Source of the DNA: Emiliania huxleyi CCMP1516
Taxonomy: Eukaryota
DNA: 33,619 nt
Direction of reading: 5' to 3'
Assembly (NCBI RefSeq): GCF_000372725.1
Contig: NW_005201349.1
Coordinates: 1 to 33,619 of the forward strand
Under the pieces are notes generated by a model. That model had not been told where the DNA came from, made no database searches, and saw only the letters and a list, made by a program, of their open reading frames with translations. The position numbers were made by a program, and so were the translations under genes. Shown here piece by piece: positions 22,038-32,040 of the stretch (positions are counted from its first letter, which is position 1; every line of letters begins with the position of its first letter).

Positions 22038-23462
22038 CGTATTGAGGTGGGGTGGGTACAAAAGGGAGTTTTGTAGAGGAGTGCTGTCGCATCTCGCATG
22101 ATGGCATGCGCGCGTCCGAGCACGGCAATCTTTCGGTTGTGGGGGGTGGGGTTGTGAGCCCACACCAGAGAGCCGGAGGTGTGTGTCCGCGTGAAGAAAC
22201 GCGGGCTACGGAGCAGGCGCGTAGCTAGTCGGAAAGGTGCACGGACCCAGTCTTCTGTTCTGCATCTAAGGGGCGCGTGCGAGGGCGCCAAAGGAGCGGA
22301 GCGCGCCGACAAAGTCGGTGACGACGGCCGTGTCGCCGGGCGGGCAGAACTCGGGCTGGGCCTTGTCGCTGTCGCACGGGTCGAGCGGCGCATAGACGAT
22401 GATGAGCACCTGCGCTCACGGCGTTCTCCTGAGTTTTCTCGACGGCCCAGCTGCTGCCTCTCGCGGCTTGGCGGGTGAGGGCGGGAGCGCGCCACGATGT
22501 ACAGGAGGATGGCGACGGCGGCGAAGGAGGTGTGCCTCAGCGAGTCCATGTCCTTGAGGAAGGCGATGGGCGTCGCGATGGCGACGGTCACGATCACCCA
22601 CAGGAAGCGCGGCCCACCAAAGGTCTGAGACCGGATTGCGGGTGTGCGGAGGGGTGGGGTGCGGCTCGTGGCGTGAGAGGAGCCTGCGGTGTGAGAGAGA
22701 GGCGGCGCGGGGGAAGCAGCACGTATGAGGGATGACTTCTAGGTGTATGCGCCACAAGCAGTTGCGGGTCTAGTGGCGGAAGTCTCTACGCGTGCGTGGG
22801 CGTGAGGGACGGCGCGGGCGGCGGCGCTACCATCTCGAAGTTGCCCGTCGAGACGATGACGTACGAACACGCCGTGCCGACGCAGTTGAGCGCCACGGCC
22901 AGGTCGATCACGATGGAGGCGCGGGCCGCCGCCTAAGGCAGCACTGGCAAGGTAAGCCTTTCCACCTCCACACAAGGGCGGAAGTAAGGGGCGGGTGCGG
23001 AGGGGGGGCGCCTTGTCTCCGATCTCGCCAAGACTCGTGGGGCGGCCAGCAAAGCGGCAGAGCCTGAAGACAACCTCGACCGAGAACGCGTTGGCGAGCG
23101 ACATGAGGAACATGAGCACGAGCCCGGGAATCCAGCCCGAGCGCTCCATCACCTGCGGCGGTTGCGGCAGAGGCCGGTGTTAGCACAGGGCCGAGGGCGG
23201 GTGGCGGTGTCCGCATATTGGCGTCGTGCATGTTGGCATCATATGTACTCACCCCTGGCATGGCAAGGAGGCCGGTACCCATGAGCGTGTTGCAGAGATT
23301 GATGGCGGATGAGAGAACCGTGGCGCTCCCGTTGTCCGCCGAGGTTTGCGTCGGGTCGAAAAACTGCACGAGCGATGCCTCGCGAATCGATGAGCGCCTC
23401 CGCGCGGCTTGGGTGTCGCGGACCGTTTCGCGGACCGACAGCCCGGTGTCGCGAACACACAT
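20384..23462 (-). CDS. Amino-acid transporter, Aa_trans (SLC38/AVT-like) family, multi-exon, spans the assembly gap
   Basis: SATVLSSAINLCNTLMGTGLLAMP, SGWIPGLVLM, GTACSYVIV, PIAFLKDMDSLRHTS, YNCQYSIPPIYNEM, TLIGLVLDDIGKV-VDLIGSVCGSTIAFAFP. Stop at 20384-20386. Confidence 0.88.
21790..21889. other. Assembly gap with low-quality flank (~21405-21789)
   Basis: 100 N, preceded by homopolymer-inflated sequence typical of a read end. Confidence 0.95.
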
Positions 23463-23851
23463 CGGTGCTTGCCTAGATGGGTCTTGTTAGAGGCAAGGCC
23501 ACTCGTCGCTTTGGGTGAGCGCCTAGATGTGCGGGGGGTACACCAAGGCAAGGCACTCTTGTGCGTGTTAAATAAGTTTATTTTTTCTCACCGTCGGTCC
23601 CACATACGGTCTCGTCCGTGCCTCGCAGGCCGGTGAGATTGCTAGAGGTGGAGCATGCTGCTCTAGCCTCACATGTCACTTCCTGTTGTCTGTTGTTTGA
23701 GTTGTGCCCTTGTTTGTGCCCTTGGCATCGTGGAGTGCTGGGGGGGGCGACAGGAAGGATGTGGCCCTGAGTTATGTGTACGCCGACTCAGGGTGTGTGG
23801 CAGCCAGCTGGCTGTGTGTCTTGTGAGCCTTTTGTGTCTGTGTGTCGCTCG

Positions 23852-23950
23852 TGCGTGTCGTCATCATCTGTCTAGCGTCCACCCATACCGCGTTGGTGTC
23901 CAGTCCGAGCCTGGCTGTTCTTCACCTTTCTACCTACCTACCTACCTACC
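23852..23950 (+). mobile_element. SINE-like repeat family B, copy 2
   Basis: TGCGTGTCGTCATCATCTGTC..GCGTCCACCCATACCGCGTTGGTGTCCAGTCCGAGCCTGGCTGTTCTTCACCTTTCTA followed by (CCTA)n. Confidence 0.8.
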
Positions 23951-24382
23951 GCCGGTGGTGGCGACAGAATCGGACAGAGAAGACGAGGCGGTGGCGGGGC
24001 CGCGGCTGAAAAGGCTAGGAGGGGAGGTCGGGCCCCGCGCCCGTCAGACGATCGGAAGGCGAATAAGAGGAAGAACTCAGAGGAGAGGGGAGCCTCCTCC
24101 GGAGTGAGGATGAGGACCTTGCGCGAAGGGGCCCTGAGCGGCGACGTCGTGTGAGAGTGCGTGTCGTGTGCATGTCTGGTGGGCGACGTTCGGCCTGTGT
24201 CGCAAAAAAAATGGCATTGTACTAATGGATTTAAAAATGGAGCCATGCCTGCATAAACTACTAACTAAATCAGCGGAGTGGGGAATCAAGATGACACAAC
24301 GAAACGCGCCCGGGGGCAACTCTGCGCGGCGAGACTCAACACGCGTCGTCAACAAAGACTTGCTTCGGAACGGCCCGCTTGT

Positions 24383-25764
24383 TCAGACCCACGCCTCGAC
24401 CTTCTTGGGCAGCAGCTGGTTCGACAGGTCCTCTCCGTGTCCTAGGCCGCCGGTCTCGCCCTTGCCCCAGGTAAAGACGGCGCTGTCGGCGGTGAGGGCG
24501 ATGCTGTGGGCGCCTCCCGCCGACACGGCGATGACGCGCTGGCCAGCCAAGGCCTCGACCTTCTTTGGCAGCAGCTGGCTCTGCTGGTGGTCGCCGTGGC
24601 CCAACTTGCCAAAGGCTCCGCAGCCCCAGCTCCAGACAGCGCCGTCGGCGGTGATGGCGAGGCAGTGGCCGGTTCCCGCCGACACAGCAACGACGTGCCG
24701 GCCAGCCAAGGCCTCGACCTTCTTTGGCAGCAGCTGGCTCTGCTGGTGGTCGCCGTGGCCCAACTTGCCAAAGGCTCCGCAGCCCCAGCTCCAGACAGCG
24801 CCGTCGGCGGTGAGGGCGAGGCTGTGCTCGCGTCCAGCCGAGACAGCGACGACGCGCTGGCCAGCGAAGGCCTCGACCTTCTTGGGCAGCAGCTGGCGCT
24901 GCGTGTCGCCGTGGCCCAGCTGGCCCCCGCCTCCCCAGCCCCAGCTCCAGAGGGCGCCGTCGGCGGTGAGGGCGAGGCCGTGGCCGGTTCCCGCCGACAC
25001 GGCGACGACACGCTGGGCAGCAAAGGCCTCGATCTTCTTGGGCAGCAGCTGGCTCTGCGCGTCGCCGTGGCCCAGCTTGCCATGGTGACCATAGCCCCAG
25101 CTCCAGACGGCGCCATCGGCGGCGAGGGCGAGGTTGTGGTGGCCTCCTGCCGACACGGCGACGACGCGCTGGCCAGCCAAGCCCTCGACCTTCCTCGGCA
25201 GCTGCTGGTCCTGCTCGTCGCCGTGGCCTAGCCGGCCTTGGCCTCCATCGCCCCAGCTCCAGACGGCTCCATCAGCGGTGAGGGCGAGACTGTGGAATCC
25301 TCCAGCCGACACGCTCACGACGCGCTCGCCGCCCAGCGTCGACGGGAGCCGCGTCGGCGTGTTGAGCCGCGTCACGCCCTCGCCGTGCCCGAGCAGCCCT
25401 AGCGTCCAGTGCTCAGCCCTTCCGCAAGACGAGAGCCGCCCCTCGCCGTCGATGAAGACGCTGTGCCAAGAGCCAGCCGCCACCCTCGCCGGCGGGTTGG
25501 ACTCGCACAGCAGCGCCGAATAGCACAGCCACCGCACGTCGCAGCTCTCGCCATCTGGCTGCGCCGGCAGCTCGAAGCCGCGCTCTTGCGCCCTCAAGTG
25601 GATGCCCTTTACCGCAAGCGAGGCGTGGAAGAGCAGCGAGAGATGGCGCGCACGAGGAGCTCCGTGGGGAGGTCGAGGAGGCGGGCGGGCGGCGATTCTG
25701 GCGAGGGGGCGGCGGCGGAGGCGGGGGCGAGGCGACGCGAGCGGCGGCGCGGCGGGGTGGACAT
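24383..25764 (-). pseudogene. F-box-like + RCC1/UVR8-type 7-repeat beta-propeller gene, intronless, frameshifted near 25640
   Basis: ATG 25764 gives MSTPPRRRSRRL..RLLDLPTELLVRAISRC (F-box-like). The seven RCC1 repeats (V.AG..H.LALTADGAVWSWG.G..G.LGHGD) are in another frame ending at 24383. Confidence 0.75.
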
Positions 25765-25796
25765 CGCGAGGAAAAGAAAAACTTTCATCAACCACG

Positions 25797-25850
25797 CCGC
25801 GCTGGTGTCCAGTCCGAGCCTGACTGTTCTTCCCCTTTCTACCTAACCTA
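25797..25850 (+). mobile_element. Family B copy 3 (5'-truncated)
   Basis: CCGCGCTGGTGTCCAGTCCGAGCCTGACTGTTCTTCCCCTTTCTACCTAACCTA. A core-only fragment also lies at 26197-26224. Confidence 0.7.
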
Positions 25851-26601
25851 GGAGAGAGCAGAGCCGTACGATACACGATCATTCATGCCCTCGGGAAGCC
25901 ACATCACGGACTAGCAACAACCCTCTCCCCTTTCTCCCAGTAAGCTAAAAGTACGTACCTTTACCTCGAGGTACAAAGATAAAGCGTAGGCTAGAGCGAG
26001 TCATGCACATGCTCATCATGGCTGCATGGATGGATGGACGGGCCCCGGGGGCGTGCCATTCAGACATGCACATGCGCATGTACATTGCATGCACATGCAG
26101 TCACAGAGAAATAAGAATTTAAACAAAACAACTCTCTCTCACAGCGGACAGGCTCGACAGAGAAATAAGATCGAGCATTAAAATTCATGGAACACGCATA
26201 CCGCGCTGGTGTCCAGTCCGAGCCCGGCGGTCCCCGCCGGTACCAGCGAGCGTAGAAAATACGCACAAAGCACAAAGGGGGCCAACGAGGCGAGGCGCTA
26301 GAGGCGAGGCGGCGACGCGGGGAAGCCGGGGAAGCACTGTCCTGTGTATCCACTGAAGCAGCCTCCCAGCCTCCCAGACATTCCTCCCAGGAAAAGTTGA
26401 GCGCAAGGCTGTCCACGTTTTGGATATCACGAGAGTAATTAATGCTATTGGTGTCCCCGTACGAGTTCGAGGTCAGCGGCGTGCAAGACGACCAACGCAT
26501 ACATCAGTGACAGTGTGCCGCCCGCTCTCTCGCACAACACCTTACAAACTCGCGCAGGCTGCGATTTTAGCTCATAGCTGTTTTCGAGCTTGTTTTTGTT
26601 T

Positions 26602-28517
26602 TCAGACTAGGCGGGCCGACCTCCTCGGAGGCGGCGGGCGGGCGCCCACTAACACCCTTGGCAGCACAAAGCCGCGCCAGACGTCCGCCAGCTCTGGAGC
26701 CGCTCCCTCGCGGCCCTCGAAGCGCTCCTCGTCCCACGCGATCAGGTAGCCCAGCCGCATCACCTCGACCGCCCACTTGCGAGCCGGCTCCGGGAAGAGC
26801 TCGTGCGACTGCGGCGACCACTCCGCCGCCTTGAGGATGAGCCTGCCCACCTCCCCCGCCTCGGCCGCTGGCTGCAGGTTGGCCGGCCTGAGGGAGGGCA
26901 GAGGTGTGTCAAAGAGAGGATCCGGCGAGTCGGGGAGAGACCATTGCATTGCGCGCCTCAGTGCGAGTGCCTTGGCCTCGCCCGCCACGCGCACGCCGAA
27001 GCGTCCCGTCGAAGCGCTCGCGGAGACGACGACGCCGACCTTGCCGTTCATCGAGGGCCGCGAGACGAGAGAGCGGATCACGACTGTGGAACCGACGGCC
27101 GCAGCGGTCGGATCCGACTCGCCCCACGAGCAGAGGACGCGCGCCCGCTCGAGGGCAGAAGGCTCGCCGGCGAGCGGGTCGGCGCCGCCGCGCAGCAGCG
27201 CCCGCGCACGCTCGACGGTGAGCGCCTGCGGAAGAGGGGCAATGGGCGTGAGGACAATGCACTCGCGCCTTCGGCCGCTAGTCTTGGAAACGCCTCGAGG
27301 TGCTGGAGCGGCGTCCAGCCGCGGCTGACAACCAGCCAAGCGGCGAGGTCGGCGTGGCCTTCGCGGTTTGCGGCCTCCTCGGGCGCGCCAAAGGGCGTTG
27401 CGGCGCGGGCGGCGCCGTAGGAGGAGAGGAGCTTGGCGACGTCGAGGTGGCCGAAGTGGCACGCGGCGAACAGCGGCGTGGCGCCCTGCTCATCGGCTTG
27501 GTCCTTCGCCGCGCCAGCCTCGAGGAGCAGCCGAGCGCACTCGAGCTGGCCCTCTTGACACGCAATGTACAGCGGCGTGGTACCATCGTTCAACGCTTGG
27601 TTGATGTCAGCGCCAGCGCCGCGCAGCAGCTGGACGCACTCGAGGTGGCCGTGCTCGCACGCGACCATCAGCGGCGTGCCGCCGTCGTGCTTGGCTTGGT
27701 TGATCGCCGCGCCCGCCTCGAGGAGCAGCCGGGCGATCTCGGGGTGGCCCTTTTGGCACGCGACGAACAGCGGCGTGCCGCCATCGTCCTTGGCTTGGTT
27801 GACCGCCGCGCTCGCCTCGAGAAGCAGCCGGGCGCACTCGATCTCGCCAGCGAAGCTCGCAGTACTCAGCGGCGTGAAGCCTCTGGCGTCAGCTTGGTCG
27901 GTCGCCGCGCCAGCCTCGAGGAGCAGTCGGACGATTTCGAGGCAACCCTTCTCGCTCGCAACGGACAGCGGCGTGACGCCGCCCTTCATGGCCTGGTCGG
28001 TCGCCGCACCGGCCTCGAGAAGCAGCCGCGCGATCTCGAGGCGCTCGTTCTGACACGCGATGAACAGCGGCGTGCCACCATCCTGCGTGGCTTGGTTGAT
28101 GTCAGCGCCAGCGTCGCGCAGCAGCTGGGCGATCCCGAGGTGGCCCTGCTGGCTCGCGATGAGCAGCGGCGAGAAGCCTCCACCCGCCGCTTGGTTGACC
28201 GCCGCGCTCGCTTCGAGAAGCAGCCGCGCGCACTGGACGTGGCCCTGTTGGCATGCAATGAACAGCGCGGAAGCGCCGCCGCCAGTCGTCACCCCGACGC
28301 TCGCGCCACCTTCGAGCAGCAGCCGCACCGCCTCGGCCTGCCCGTGCCGAGCGGCCCAGGTGAGCAGCGTGTCCTGCCTCTCGGTGTCGTGCCGCGCGTC
28401 GAGCTGGGCAATGCGTGACGTGCCGCGCGTCAGCTCAGAGAGGAGGGCGAGCAGTGAGGCCAGGTTGCCCTGAGCCAGGTCGGAGAGCACGAGGGTGGGG
28501 CAAATAGCGCCCCTCAT
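26602..28517 (-). CDS. Ankyrin-repeat protein (~11 repeats) with C-terminal SH3-like module; paralog 2
   Basis: Same architecture as 10240-11819. GC-AG introns 27293-27226 and 26956-26888 have the same positions and lengths (68 and 69 nt). Confidence 0.9.
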
Positions 28518-28589
28518 GCCACCACCAGGAAGAAACCGACGGCGTTTTGAGCTCAAATTTTTTTTGTCGCTACTACCTCTATCACCGGA

Positions 28590-30130
28590 ATGCACACAGA
28601 GCCCTGCCACTCTCGACGGCCTCCACCTCTCACGCTGCTGCTGCGTGGCTTCGCCGCCGGGCTGCTGCTGCTGCTGCTGATCGCGCTATCGATACGCATA
28701 CACAGAGGGGCGCTCTCGGGCGAGCCGACCGCTCTCGCGTCCTCCAGCGCCCTCGCAGCGGCCTCCTCCGCCTTCACGCGGACTGCGAACAGGGCGTCTG
28801 AGGCTGCGTCAGCGGCCTCCTCCGCCTTCACGCGAACTGCGAACAGGGCGTCTGAGGCCGCGTCCGACACATTCGTCCCCGAGCGGTTCACTCCGCCCTC
28901 CGGCCTGCCGCCTGGGACCACGTGCGAGTACCTCCCGCCGTGGCTCGAGGCGGCCATGAACAGCATGGTGGCCAAGGCGGTCCAGCTGGTGACGCGCTAC
29001 CCCACCCTCTCGCATCTTCCCATCGACGCAAAGGTCCGCGTCGGGCTCATCGACTACGACGTGCGCAACATCACCATCGTCGACCTCTCCCTCTCGCAGA
29101 TCCGGATGGGCGCCTGCCGCAAGCCGAACGTCCTCACCGACGGCGCCACGGCGGCGCAGCAGGCGGCGGCCAGCTGGCGCCCCGGCCTCTACCTCGCCCG
29201 TCTCTGGGACGCGCTGACTCACCCCGGCCTCTACCTGGGCGAGGCCGGCGGCGAGGCGAGAGCCGCGGCAGCTGGCTGGCGGCCGGGCAAGTACGCGGGG
29301 CTGCTGACAAAGTGAACCCCCCCCCCCTCTCTACCCCCCCCCCCCCACTCTCCCACCCTCTCTCCGAGCAGCGTCTCTTCACCAGAGCAGCCTCCCCCCC
29401 CGCCCCCGCTGTGAACAGGTACACGCCGCAGCTGCTGCCAGACGCATACGTCGTGCGCGTGCGCGACGTCAACGTCACCGAGTCGGTGCGCGCGCACTAC
29501 GCCGGCGTGTACGGCCTGGGGGCCTTCGGCATCGACGCCGTCTGCCAGCTGCGCGGAGAGCTCGAGGTGGTCGCCGTGTACTCGCGCCCCGCCGCGCTGG
29601 GCGGCACGACGGGCAACGACCACGGGGAGGTGGTCGAGGGGGGAGGGACAAAGGTGACGGGCTGCAACGCACTCTTCGACGTGCGCTCGACCGACCTGTA
29701 CGGGCCGGGCGGGCTCGAGCTGCAGGAGGTCGGCACGCCGGTCTCGCTCCCGTTCGGGCGGCTGCTTTGCTACGGGCCCGCGGCGCTCGCCGGTCCGCTG
29801 TCCGGCTTGGTCGGCATCAGTCTCGCCGGCGAGGCGAGGGCGCTCGCGGCGCGGCTGAGGGGCGAGTTCTCGGGGCTCGCCCCCATGCTCAACGACGTCC
29901 TCCGCCGCTACTTGCCCGGCGAGGAGTATGAAGGCTGGTACCTGGGCAAGTACGCCCAGAAGGGCGGCGAGGTGCTGCACGCCGAAGCCAGCGCGCGGTA
30001 CCCCAGCATGATGTATCTGGGCAGGGCGGCCGACGCCGTCGCGGTCGCCGCAGGGGTCGTGCCGCCGAGGCCTCCCCCCGCACCGTTCGCGCCGCTGGCA
30101 CGTTGGGACGAGCATAGATTTTGGCATTAG
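28590..30130 (+). CDS. Hypothetical protein with N-terminal TM anchor, 2 exons
   Basis: Exon 28590-~29311 has TM LLLRGFAAGLLLLLLIALSI, a duplicated AASSAFTRTANRASEA and WRPG repeats. Intron GTGAAC...GTGAACAG ends at 29418. Exon 2 YTPQLLPDAYVVRV...RFWH*. Strong GC3 bias. Confidence 0.7.
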
Positions 30131-30602
30131 AGTAAACTCTCATAGGAGGATCAGCCGACACATGAGTGTTCTTTCGCAGTACAACAACAACATGTACATG
30201 TAACATGTACATGTCATGTTGTGCATGTGCATGTGCATGTTCGAGCCGTGTGTACGTGAGTCGTGACACGAGTTGTATATACCGTACACATGACAAAAAA
30301 ATTGCTTTAGAAGAAAAACGGGCACGCATATTTCTCCCCCCTCCATTCTCTCCCCCTCTTGGGCGCGGGTCCCCCCAGGCCCCAGGGTCCCGTGCTAGAT
30401 CTCTCGCGCGGGGCGAATGAGTGATGAAGTTAGTGCCTTGGTGCCTGTCCCCCACCGTACACATGACAGCTACTGTGAGTGAGTGAGTGAGTGAGTGAGT
30501 GAGTGAGTGAGTGAGTGAGTGAGTGAGTGAGTGTGAATACTCACTCCCACGGTCCCCAGCTACTCTGTGCACGATGATAAAAACAATAAAGTCGTCGCCG
30601 CG

Positions 30603-31048
30603 TCACCCCGCCGCAAAGACGCAGTCCTCTAGATCGCGCGCCTCCCTCAAAGCCCTGTACCGATCCGACTGCGCCGCGAGCTCCTCCAACGACAGCTTCT
30701 TGAGCTCTTCCGTCAGGGCAGCGCTCGCCCGGCTGACTCCCCGGGTCTGCTCCTCTGGATGGCTCGGCCCGCGGTAGGGAGCGTTGCGTCTGGGAGCGGC
30801 CGCCTCGGCCGCTTCATCCTCAGCCACTTGCAGCACGTACGCTGCCTCCGCCGTCAGCCCGTCAAAGTACCCGTCCGCGTCTCGCTCGATGGCCGCTCCG
30901 CCTGCCTCGACGAGCCGCACAGCCGGGTCGCCTCGGAAGACGTAGCCAATGCAATACCTGGGAGCGAGCGGGGGTTGGGCTGGCTCGGATGCAAACCCAT
31001 CTCAGCTCTGCCAATCAGATCAGTGCGAGCGAGCGAACGAGCGAGCGA

Positions 31049-31136
<88 letters not shown>

Positions 31137-31583
31137 CACTCACTCTGCGTCGACCGCCGCCCACGCGAGCCGCGCCGTCAGGCCTCCCGCGCCGTGCACG
31201 AGCGTAAACTCGCTGTTGTAGTGGTTGTATTGCACGCGCACGTTGCCCAGTGGGGCAGTGGTGATCTCCGTCACTGACGAGTGTGGTAAACGTAAAGGAG
31301 CAGGAGAGCTCTCTTCTTGCCCCGCGGGCGGCGGCTGCTGGCCTCGGTGGGCATCGCCGAGCCTTGAGACGCCCCGCTTTGATCCACGCTGCTTTGGCGC
31401 AGGACTAGCTCCGGAACCTGTGCTGTGACCTGTGCCACCCCGGCTCCGCGCTCCCGAGCCCGCGAGCGGCTTGCGCGTGCCGCGTGCTGCTGGCGGCGGC
31501 GTGCTACGAGAGGGCGCGATGATGGAGCGACCGGAGACGCCAAGCATGGTGGCGCCAAGCACGGCTGGTGCCGGCGGGGGCAT
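30603..31583 (-). CDS. Hypothetical protein, multi-exon
   Basis: GNVRVQYNHYNSEFTL..AAVDAE, then a GTGAGT intron with a (CA)n tract, then YCIGYVFRGDPAVRL...LTEELKKLSLEELAAQSDRYRALREARDLEDCVFAAG*. Confidence 0.65.
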
Positions 31584-32040
31584 ATGCACACACATATATA
31601 AACAACAGATATTTGGACCTTTCGTCACCGCGCTGGAGCGGACGGGCGCGGTCGTAACGATTGTCCTGCCCCCCCCCCCCCCCCAGGCACAAGATCGGGT
31701 CACAGGCCGGCGTTTACTTCCGCAGGCTGCTGAGGAAACAACTCTCGCAGACTCGCCGAGGCTCGCCCTAGCTGTCTGAGAGAGGTTTATTTAGTTGGCA
31801 ACATCCGTTGTTTGTGTTGTTTTGTGTTGTCCATCCAGCAAACTGCAAGCAAGCAAGCGGCCAAACGCATCCTGGACCTGTGAACAGCGCCCCGTGTTGC
31901 GTGACTGTCTCTGTGCGATTTCGGCCCGGGTTTGTCGTTTATGTGAATTATTATCAGCCTACTGTGAACAGCGCCGCTTCGATCGGCGCAAAAATCCCTT
32001 GTCGCTTGTGGAATCCGTGTACACAGCACGCCTGGATTCG

